DNA from: Bacillota bacterium
GTDB taxonomy: Bacteria > Bacillota > Clostridia > Acetivibrionales > DTU013
DNA: 64,000 nt
Assembly: GCA_023439545.1 (NCBI GenBank)
Contig: JAEXNT010000001.1
Coordinates: forward strand, 8,827 to 72,826
Reading direction: 5' to 3'
Part shown: positions 41,213-49,449 of the stretch, one piece after another
Position numbering within the stretch: the stretch's first letter is position 1
Layout: the number at the start of each line of letters is the position of its first letter
The notes under the pieces: generated by a model
What the model was told of the DNA's origin: nothing
Database searches by the model: none
What the model saw: the letters and a program-made list of their open reading frames with translations, nothing else
Made by a program: the position numbers and the translations under genes

Positions 41213-43029
41213 TAGGTTATATAGGTGAAAAAAAGGCAGCCCCGATACTGATCAACGGTTTAAGGAAGCTTGAATACAGGGGGTATGACTCGGCGGGCGT
41301 TGCGCTGTATGACGACGGAAAGCTATCGGTCATCAAGTGCAAGGGCAGACTGGCGGCGCTCGAGGAGAAGCTGGGCGATACCAATATCGGGGGATGCATC
41401 GGCATCGGTCATACAAGATGGGCGACGCATGGCGAGCCCAACGACGTAAATTCGCACCCGCACCTGAGCAATTCCGGCAAGATAGCACTGGTGCACAACG
41501 GTATCATCGAAAACTATATGAAGCTCAAGGAATTCCTTATTTCCCAAGGCTGCAAATTCATTTCGGAAACAGATACCGAGGTAGTGGCCCATCTGATCGA
41601 ATACTATTACAACCTGAGCGGCGATATCGTCAAGGCTGTTATGGAATCGATAGACCAGCTCGAGGGTTCCTACGCGTTTGGCGTTATATGCAGCGAATGC
41701 AGCGACAAGTTCATTGCGGCAAGGAAGGACAGCCCGTTGATCGTAGGCCTCGGAAAGGGAGAGAACTATATCGCCTCCGATATCCCTGCGATACTTGAAC
41801 ACACACGCGATATCTATATCCTCGAGGACAAGGACGTTGCAGTACTGAGCAGGGACGGAGTCGTCGTGTACGACAATTACGGGGCGGTGTCCGAAAAGAA
41901 GGTCTACCATGTCGAGTGGGACGTTACAGCCGCCGAGAAATCAGGCTACGAGCATTTCATGATGAAGGAAATGTATGAGGAGCCCAAGGTTATAAGGGAT
42001 ACGTTCAGCCCAAGGATAAAGGACGGCAGGATAAAGCTCGACAACATAGACATTTCGCCCGAATACTTAAGAGGCATCGAAAAAATTAACATCGTGGCCT
42101 GCGGCACGGCATACCATGCGGGGATGGTGGCAAAATACCTCATAGAGAAGCTCGCGCGCATCCCGGTCGAGGCGGACGTCGCATCCGAATTCCGTTACAG
42201 GGATCCGATTATCAGCGAAAAAAACCTCGTTATAATCATCAGTCAATCGGGTGAGACGCTCGATACGCTGTTCGCGCTGAGAGAAGCAAAGAAGAAGGGC
42301 GCCAAGGTGCTGTCCATCGTAAACGTGGTCGGCAGCTCGATCGCCAGGGAGTCGGACAACGTACTGTACACCTGGGCCGGACCGGAAATAGCCGTGGCTT
42401 CCACGAAAGCCTACAACACCCAGTTGACGGCGCTCACGTTGATCGCGCTCGACTTTGCGCATAAGAAAGGCCTGCTCGGCGACAAACAGCTTGCCGAGAT
42501 GCTGGATGGCCTGAAGGATATCCCGGCAGCCATGGAAAAGATATTGAACGACAAGGATGATATACAGAAATTCGCCTCGGAGCATTTCAACGCGAAGAGC
42601 ATCTTCTTCATCGGAAGGAGCCTCGATTACGCGCTGTCAATGGAAGGCTCGCTGAAGCTCAAGGAAATCTCCTATATCCACTCGGAGGCCTATGCGGGCG
42701 GCGAGCTGAAGCACGGCACCATCGCCCTTATCGAGAAGGGCACGCTCGTGGTCTGCCCGATGACGCAGGACAGCCTGCTCGACAAGATGGTCAGCAACAT
42801 CCGCGAAGTCAAGGCCAGAGGCGCGATAGTTCTGGCGATCACCCAGGAGAAGAACACCGAGGTCGAGAAGGTCGCGGACATGGTCATCACCATCCCGAAC
42901 ATCGATCCTCTGCTCGCCCCGATCGCCGCAGTAACTCCATTGCAGCTGTTCGCTTACTACATGGCCGTCCTCAAGGGCTGCGACGTCGACAAGCCGAGGA
43001 ATTTAGCGAAGAGTGTGACGGTGGAATAA
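41200..43029 (+). CDS. glmS: Glutamine--fructose-6-phosphate aminotransferase
   Basis: MCGIVGYIG N-terminal nucleophile, two SIS domains, C-terminal NLAKSVTVE. Confidence 0.97.
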   Translation: MCGIVGYIGEKKAAPILINGLRKLEYRGYDSAGVALYDDGKLSVIKCKGRLAALEEKLGDTNIGGCIGIGHTRWATHGEPNDVNSHPHLSNSGKIALVHNGIIENYMKLKEFLISQGCKFISETDTEVVAHLIEYYYNLSGDIVKAVMESIDQLEGSYAFGVICSECSDKFIAARKDSPLIVGLGKGENYIASDIPAILEHTRDIYILEDKDVAVLSRDGVVVYDNYGAVSEKKVYHVEWDVTAAEKSGYEHFMMKEMYEEPKVIRDTFSPRIKDGRIKLDNIDISPEYLRGIEKINIVACGTAYHAGMVAKYLIEKLARIPVEADVASEFRYRDPIISEKNLVIIISQSGETLDTLFALREAKKKGAKVLSIVNVVGSSIARESDNVLYTWAGPEIAVASTKAYNTQLTALTLIALDFAHKKGLLGDKQLAEMLDGLKDIPAAMEKILNDKDDIQKFASEHFNAKSIFFIGRSLDYALSMEGSLKLKEISYIHSEAYAGGELKHGTIALIEKGTLVVCPMTQDSLLDKMVSNIREVKARGAIVLAITQEKNTEVEKVADMVITIPNIDPLLAPIAAVTPLQLFAYYMAVLKGCDVDKPRNLAKSVTVE

Positions 43030-43060
43030 GTAGAAGGATTCTCTACAAGGATGTGTCATT

Positions 43061-43123
43061 TCTCATAAAGTTTGAAAAATGACTCAAAAAGTTTGAAAAA
43101 ACGTCTCAAATAGTTTGAAAAAT
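43061..43123. repeat. 3 direct repeats of about 20 nt (TCA[A/T]A[A/T]AGTTTGAAAAA)
   Basis: Read directly: tctcataaagtttgaaaaat / gactcaaaaagtttgaaaaaa / cgtctcaaatagtttgaaaaat. Confidence 0.9.
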
Positions 43124-43133
43124 CTATTATAAT

Positions 43134-43169
43134 CGTCTAGGGATATAAAGTGTATTATATCCCTAGACG
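43134..43169. repeat. 14-bp perfect inverted repeat (hairpin)
   Basis: cgtctagggatata (43134-43147) pairs with tatatccctagacg (43156-43169) around an 8-nt loop. It may terminate the minus-strand SLH gene. Confidence 0.85.
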
Positions 43170-43238
43170 GCAGATAAGAGAGTATATGTTATTAAGGCAT
43201 CCAAAGTGATGATTATATAACCCATTCTTACCCCCTGC

Positions 43239-44861
43239 TTAGCTTTGGGTAAAATCAATCACGTAAATATTCCATGAACCGTTGTACTCAATTGTATAAT
43301 CCATTCCCAAATCTTCAAATATTTCTTTTACAGGTATAACATGAATACGGTTTATGACCTGTGACTTATCATAGTAATTTATCGGTTTAAATCCGTTATA
43401 TGAGGTTATACCCTTATTTTTATCGACAATGATAGAAAGATCAGGCACTTTATCAAAACTGGAATTAAAAAATATTTTTGTTATCTCACCGGTTTTATCT
43501 ACTCCGGAATACAGACTTTCAACCTTGATGCTCACATAATTATAATCATACACCTTCAATATTCCTACGAAATTAGGATTTCCCGTTGGTTCATAGGAAA
43601 GCCGGCTGGATTCCAGATGTGATAGGTTTAAGAAAGTATTCATATCATCAAAGGATTTGAAATATATGTCTTTATTAACAGGCTCGCCATCTAGAATAAC
43701 ATCCTCGGCAAACGGTATATTGTAAAGCCTACCTTCGAATTTGAGATAGAACCTCGTACGGTCCTTTTCTACATACCACTTAAGATCTCCGTATTTCTTC
43801 ATTAACCGATAGGTGATAACCAGGGCTTGCTCATTTGTTGCGACAGTTTTAGGTGAAAACCTGTTTCCACCTACGCCGTTTATGATATTAAAATGCAAAG
43901 CGGTATATATCGCATCCCTCGACCAATTGCTGATTTCTCCATCATCAACATATTCAACAAGCTCTTTATTGTAGGCAAGATCAATCTTTGCCAATCCCAG
44001 GGTCCTGATGACAAGCGTTGCCATTTGTTCCCTGTTCAGCAAACTATCCGGGCTGAATCTGTTATTTCCTATACCGTTGGTTATGCCTATCTGCGCGGCT
44101 TTCATTGCATAAATATCATCGGTATCGATAAACGAAACACTATCATTTACCTGTATTTCAGCGCCGGTAAGTTTTTCATAGAACCTCACCATGAGATATG
44201 CAAAGCGTTCTCTGGTTATGCCAGTTTTAAATGAACTAAAAGCCGAGTCCCTGAAAACTTCCGAAAGTTTTAATTCTTCTATGCTTTTCAGTGCCGAAGC
44301 ATCAGGCGTGTCTTCAAGCTCAACTATTATTTTTTCAGCTGAAAACTCATAACCATTCAATAAATCCTGAACAGAAGGGACTTTATTAAAATTTATGTCT
44401 GCTATATTAAAGTAGCAACTGATATTCTGATCATCATTATTATATAAAATATCATATAGAAATACGGTAATTTGCCTGCATTGCAGCAGTTTCTCCGTAT
44501 CTGTGCGATATTGTATCTTTTTACTGTCGGAAGTGATGCGGCTAAAATTGTTCAACCAAGATATTTTCAATTTATCACCACTAGGCGGATTAAAAAAAGA
44601 AGATTTTACTGTTTTAGCACCTTGATTATCCAATTTGGCCAGTTCGCCGTTACTGTACAGAATAGTAAATACATATTCTTTTGCATCTTTATAAACAAAA
44701 ACCCCGTCAATTTTAATGGCTCCCGGATAAGCCTGATTCGTTTGAAACTTAACAGGCATACCATACTGCTCCTCCGGTTTCAGACCCACACTGGCAAATG
44801 CAGGTATCATAATTGTCCAAAGCATAAATGCTGTCAGTAACAACGTTATTTTCTTTTTCAT
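43239..44861 (-). CDS. Secreted SLH-domain protein with unassigned N- and C-terminal regions
   Basis: Signal peptide MKKKITLLLTAFMLWTIMIPAFA. Central SLH repeats (ITNGIGNNRFSPDSLLNREQMATLVIR; INGVGGNRFSPKTVATNEQALVI). Confidence 0.85.
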   Translation of the reverse strand: MKKKITLLLTAFMLWTIMIPAFASVGLKPEEQYGMPVKFQTNQAYPGAIKIDGVFVYKDAKEYVFTILYSNGELAKLDNQGAKTVKSSFFNPPSGDKLKISWLNNFSRITSDSKKIQYRTDTEKLLQCRQITVFLYDILYNNDDQNISCYFNIADINFNKVPSVQDLLNGYEFSAEKIIVELEDTPDASALKSIEELKLSEVFRDSAFSSFKTGITRERFAYLMVRFYEKLTGAEIQVNDSVSFIDTDDIYAMKAAQIGITNGIGNNRFSPDSLLNREQMATLVIRTLGLAKIDLAYNKELVEYVDDGEISNWSRDAIYTALHFNIINGVGGNRFSPKTVATNEQALVITYRLMKKYGDLKWYVEKDRTRFYLKFEGRLYNIPFAEDVILDGEPVNKDIYFKSFDDMNTFLNLSHLESSRLSYEPTGNPNFVGILKVYDYNYVSIKVESLYSGVDKTGEITKIFFNSSFDKVPDLSIIVDKNKGITSYNGFKPINYYDKSQVINRIHVIPVKEIFEDLGMDYTIEYNGSWNIYVIDFTQS

Positions 44862-45118
44862 AAAATCACTCCAACCTGTTCAAATTACTAACAAATGTAC
44901 ATATGTATACCTACATCTCGTAATTATAACCATATTTGTATAAAATGTAAATTATTTTAAAATAAAATTGTTTTTCGAGCCGCAACGGTTACATTTATCA
45001 AAAATCCAGATATACTTTAAGAAATTCGCTTTTTGCACAATCGTTGTTTTGCTATTTTCAGAGTCCTAAAACCTGCTTAAAACAAGGCCATTGTGGATAC
45101 GATTCAGGAACAGAGGCT

Positions 45119-45643
45119 ATGAACCTAAAAATACAGGAGACATTCAATCCGGCCGCACCCTCTAAAAAAGAAATAAGTCATGGGAATTCACTCTTCAGGG
45201 TAAATGATAAAGTCATGCACATAAACAATGATTACAACGCTGTCAAATATGAGCACAACGGAACAATCTACATCCCGAAAAAAGGCAAGGGAGGAAACGC
45301 AGATACCGGCGTGTTCAATGGCGACACCGGCGTGATTTACGACACTATGGACTTTTACGAATTAATTGTATTTGACATGCCGGATACATTAGGTCTGGAT
45401 TCTCCGGCCGTTAAGAATGATGTTGAGGATATGGAAGAATTCGCAGTAGAATATGTTTATGATAAACCGCAGAGTATCTCTGTAAACAATCCTGATATCA
45501 AGCAAGTTCAATTTATCAAGATGATTTTCTCTTTAGGCGTAAAGTGGGAGAATCAAGTTTACATAAAAACAAAAGATGATTTATATTATTTCATCGGATA
45601 TAGACCTGATTTAGGCGCTCTAGTAAGGTCAGCCGTTAATTAG
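45119..45643 (+). pseudogene. RecD2-like helicase remnant (SH3-like segment only) fused to unrelated sequence
   Basis: MNLKIQETFNP ... LFRVNDKVMHINNDYN ... GVFNGDTGVIYD resembles the internal RecD2 segment. Helicase motifs before and after it are absent. Confidence 0.5.
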
Positions 45644-45745
45644 GAGAGTAATGGGAGTTTGACAACAAGGAGAATTACGGCAAAGCGATAGAATGGTTTT
45701 TCAAAAATCATTTCAAGGATATTCAAAAGTTGTTAATTATGCCTT

Positions 45746-45792
45746 TTGACATTAACTGCGGAAATTCGATATACTAAAAAATTTTGAGGAGG
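45746..45792 (+). promoter_or_regulatory. Orphan promoter-like TTGACA-18-TATACT plus GAGGAGG SD facing the 3' end of the response-regulator gene
   Basis: TTGACA at 45746-45751, TATACT at 45770-45775 and GAGGAGG at 45786-45792. No canonical start codon at proper spacing. Confidence 0.35.
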
Positions 45793-45818
45793 TATAAGTT
45801 ATCACTTATCACAGGGAC

Positions 45819-47414
45819 TCAAGCTTGGAGCTTATTCCTTTTTCGGTACTCGATAGGAGTGCAGCCCACGATTTTTTTAAACATTTTCGAAAAGAAGGAA
45901 AAATGAGAATAACCTACCGCTGACACTACGGCGCTGACTGAAAGATCTGTCGAAACAAGCAATTCTCTCGCCTTTTTGAATCGTTCCTGGATAATATAAT
46001 CCGATATAGAGAAGCCCGATTCTTTCTTGAATATTTTTGAAAGATAATCAGGACTGAGAAAAGTATAATGTGCAATGGTTTCCCGGGAAAGATCCTCCTC
46101 ATCCAGATGAAGCGCTATATATTCCTTTACCTTTTCGACTACATCATTGGACCTTTCAATAGCATTAATTCTTTCGAGCGCTTTTCGAATTGTATGTTTA
46201 ACCCAGATACTCATCTCCTCTGTGGAATTTATCGACTTCTCCTCCAGTTCGAGAGAAACGGCATCGCAAAAAAACTCCCTTGTTGAAATACTGTTTTGAT
46301 TTAGCAGCAGATGGATCATATGCAGAAAGTCCTGCCGAAACTGCTTCAGCACGTTTAAATTGATATTGCCGGTTCTGTAAAGCACCTTGAAGTAAACAAA
46401 TATCTCTTCAATTACTTCTTTCTCCTTGCCTTTTTTTAATAACGTTGTCCAAAGATTGATATTTGGCGTGCTTACCTCTGACTTTTCTTCTACTTCTTGA
46501 ATATCTATAACCTGATTCAGAATTACATTTTCATTTCTTAGTGTTTTTAGCACTGCTATCACATTGGAAAAATCCGATACGTTAGTCATCTCACCGATAA
46601 AACATGATGCGTCGCAACAAACCCCATTACAAATACGGATCAGGGCTTCACAATTCTCCTTCATAGTTTTTCTCTTTGAGTATTCCGGGTTTTCAAAAGA
46701 GAGTATTACAATATAATCCATATCGTTGAGTTTGATAATCTGGGGGGAGCAATCCTCCTTCAAAAAAATTTTATTGATGGATTGTTTGATCACATGCTCT
46801 GTTATTTTTTGATTTCTCGCGCTCAAATCCTTCTGGTACCGTTGAATAGTCAGCAATATCGGAAAGAACTTCATCGTCATCGTGATTGGAATATTCATGC
46901 TTTCAATCATCGCCTTAATAGCGTCCTCTGTTGAAAGCTCCATATTATTGATCAGATTGAACCAAAAGCTTTCCATCACTAACGGAGTAATTTTTTTCCA
47001 CATTTGCTGATAATCATTTATCCGAAGTGTTTCCGTTTTCTTTTTCAGCACGATATCCGCCTTTTTTAATACAGAATTCAATTCTTCCAGATCCACCGGC
47101 TTGAGCAAATAATCCAGACATCCCAAGCGTACAGCCTGCTTTGCATATTTGAAATCTGTGTGGCAAGTCAACAAAACAGTGACCGTATCCTGGTTTTTTT
47201 CCTGTCCCCATTCCAATAATTCAATACCGGTTCCCTGAGGCATTTCAATATCACAAAGCAAAATATCAATTTGTTTACATAATAGAATTCCTTTTGCCTG
47301 TTGGATATTGTTTGCGGTATAAATTTTATCTATTGGTATAATATTGGGATCAATACCGGTCTTAACCTTTCGAATATCATGATCATCATCATCAACAATC
47401 AAAACCGAATACAC
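45819..47414 (-). CDS. Response regulator with AraC-type HTH output (YesN-like)
   Basis: N-terminal REC domain (LIVDDD...) and a C-terminal HTH_18 (IAHYTFLSPDYLSKIFKK ... PIEYRK). Confidence 0.9.
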   Translation of the reverse strand: MYSVLIVDDDDHDIRKVKTGIDPNIIPIDKIYTANNIQQAKGILLCKQIDILLCDIEMPQGTGIELLEWGQEKNQDTVTVLLTCHTDFKYAKQAVRLGCLDYLLKPVDLEELNSVLKKADIVLKKKTETLRINDYQQMWKKITPLVMESFWFNLINNMELSTEDAIKAMIESMNIPITMTMKFFPILLTIQRYQKDLSARNQKITEHVIKQSINKIFLKEDCSPQIIKLNDMDYIVILSFENPEYSKRKTMKENCEALIRICNGVCCDASCFIGEMTNVSDFSNVIAVLKTLRNENVILNQVIDIQEVEEKSEVSTPNINLWTTLLKKGKEKEVIEEIFVYFKVLYRTGNINLNVLKQFRQDFLHMIHLLLNQNSISTREFFCDAVSLELEEKSINSTEEMSIWVKHTIRKALERINAIERSNDVVEKVKEYIALHLDEEDLSRETIAHYTFLSPDYLSKIFKKESGFSISDYIIQERFKKARELLVSTDLSVSAVVSAVGYSHFSFFSKMFKKIVGCTPIEYRKRNKLQA

Positions 47415-47427
47415 CTTTTTCCCCCTC

Positions 47428-49146
47428 TTATAATAGATCGCGTAATTTGCTCATACCAGGATTGATTGGTAAATAAATTTCAATTATTGCTCCGTTGCGG
47501 TTGAAAATACGAATATTTGATTTTCCTTCATAAAGCAGGGCCAATCTTCGCTGAACATTTATGATTCCCAGATGCTCGCATTTTTTTTGAGTAAACACAT
47601 TATCCGCATTTTGAAATATATGTAAGCATTGTTCTGAAAAACCGTTTCCGCTGTCCTCAATCAAAATTTTTATACAATCTTCATGTTCATATACGGCAAA
47701 ATCAATTTTCACTGCTATAGAAACCAATCCATCTTCAGATGCCGAGTACTTGATCGCATTCTCTATAAACGTTTGTACAATCAGCGGAGGAACCGGCGTA
47801 TCATCAAGAAAATTCGGTACCATAAAAGAATATTCCAGCTTGTCCTTCATTCGCATTTTGTGAATCCGCAAATAATCCTCACAGTGACTTATCTCATCCT
47901 TTAAAAAGACAAAGTTGAAATTGTTTGTGTAAATAAACCGGTAATACCGAATTAGGCAAAGAGTCATCTCCTCGATCAGTTTATAGTCCTTCAATTCGGA
48001 AAGATTGTATAAAATATTCAAAGAGTTTATCAAAAAATGCGGGCTTTGCTGCATTTGCAGACGATAAAGCTCCTCCTTCAGCGCAATGGTTTTTTCGTGC
48101 TGCACACTGATTTTCAAATCCTGGATTTGCATAAGCATATTATTGAAGGTCTCTTTTACTATCTCAAACTCGTCTGAGGTCGTTTTTGAATGAATTCTTA
48201 CATCCAGATCCCCGTTTTTTACTTTTTTCATGGAAGTCACTAATCCGTTTAGCGGCAGCAAAATATCCCTACTGATAAAAAAGAGATAAGCGGGGATGAT
48301 GACAAAGCATAGAACAAACAAAATAATAAATGAAACTCGAAGGATGTAAGGAAGATAATTCAAGGTATTTTTTTCCGGTATTAAAACATACAGCTTGAAA
48401 TCTCCTTCATGAGAGCTTTGAGAAACATATTGATAATTTGATTTTTCCCCGTTCAGCGTTAACTTTTTAAAACCGTTTCCTCCCTCAATGGACTTTAAAT
48501 CCAGGTCGTTAGGAGGAGTTAATACGAAACCTTTTTTATTTGTAAAGAAAGTATAGGTATTATCACCGAGGTTAACCAATGACATAGGAGTTTTCAGGCT
48601 CTCCATCTGTATCCATGCTCCTAAATACATATTATTAAACCGTATGATACGCATCAGATAATGAGAACCTTCAAGTGTATACACCTTCCAGTCATTGAAT
48701 TCTACCTTGCCTGTATCTGTTAAATTCCGAATGTACATACTAATCTGCTCTCGCTTTTTATATTCCAGGTTATTGCTGTTGACAGTCAAAAAAGTATCCG
48801 CCTCAGGAAGATATGCGAACAAACAGTCTGCGGTTTTATAAACCAAAATATCATTTGCAAGTTTATTCTTCAGAGCAATTCTAGCCAGATTGGAAGGCTT
48901 GCTGGAATTATTATTGATAGCCTGAAGGCTTACTTCGCTGGAAATCGTCAGACTCAAATATTGTTCGATATCAATCAATGCAGTGTCGACCTGTTTCAAA
49001 TAAAGAGCAGCCATATTTTCATATGATTTTGACACTTGCTTGCGGACAATGGAAATTGCATAAAAATTGGTAACAACCAACAATATGACAATCGGAACAG
49101 CGAAACATAAAAAATTGCGAATAAGCTTGGAACGGATCGAATTCAT
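47428..49146 (-). CDS. Sensor histidine kinase (YesM-like; 2 TM, HAMP, His_kinase, HATPase)
   Basis: SPHFLINSLNILYNL motif of the LytS/YesM kinase family. C-terminal ATPase (DSGNGF). Confidence 0.9.
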   Translation of the reverse strand: MNSIRSKLIRNFLCFAVPIVILLVVTNFYAISIVRKQVSKSYENMAALYLKQVDTALIDIEQYLSLTISSEVSLQAINNNSSKPSNLARIALKNKLANDILVYKTADCLFAYLPEADTFLTVNSNNLEYKKREQISMYIRNLTDTGKVEFNDWKVYTLEGSHYLMRIIRFNNMYLGAWIQMESLKTPMSLVNLGDNTYTFFTNKKGFVLTPPNDLDLKSIEGGNGFKKLTLNGEKSNYQYVSQSSHEGDFKLYVLIPEKNTLNYLPYILRVSFIILFVLCFVIIPAYLFFISRDILLPLNGLVTSMKKVKNGDLDVRIHSKTTSDEFEIVKETFNNMLMQIQDLKISVQHEKTIALKEELYRLQMQQSPHFLINSLNILYNLSELKDYKLIEEMTLCLIRYYRFIYTNNFNFVFLKDEISHCEDYLRIHKMRMKDKLEYSFMVPNFLDDTPVPPLIVQTFIENAIKYSASEDGLVSIAVKIDFAVYEHEDCIKILIEDSGNGFSEQCLHIFQNADNVFTQKKCEHLGIINVQRRLALLYEGKSNIRIFNRNGAIIEIYLPINPGMSKLRDLL

Positions 49147-49449
49147 TTAGTTGTCCCTCTTCATTTTCAGTTGTATAGAAGTGCGAAACGCTCTCTTATA
49201 TAGGTTTTGCAGCCTGGACGGTACCCATCGAAAGTAGTGGCGACTTGCAGTTAAGGCTGCCACTTTACCACTATTATACCATATGAGTCCCTCTTGTTGT
49301 AAAGCCTGTTCATCATGACTTAAAAGTATCAAATATAGGCCTGAAAAGTGTTAGAAAAAATAATGGATGCAGCGTAAAATACATTTTGTTATGAACAAAA
49401 AAGCAATACCCATGATTAAGATAGAATGGCTATTAAAAGGGGGTACGTT

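Noticed and set aside
49147-49332. 61-aa minus-strand ORF abutting the histidine-kinase start
   Set aside because: It has no SD or recognisable domain, and it contains the kinase's own SD. It is most likely 5' UTR or promoter sequence of the two-component operon.
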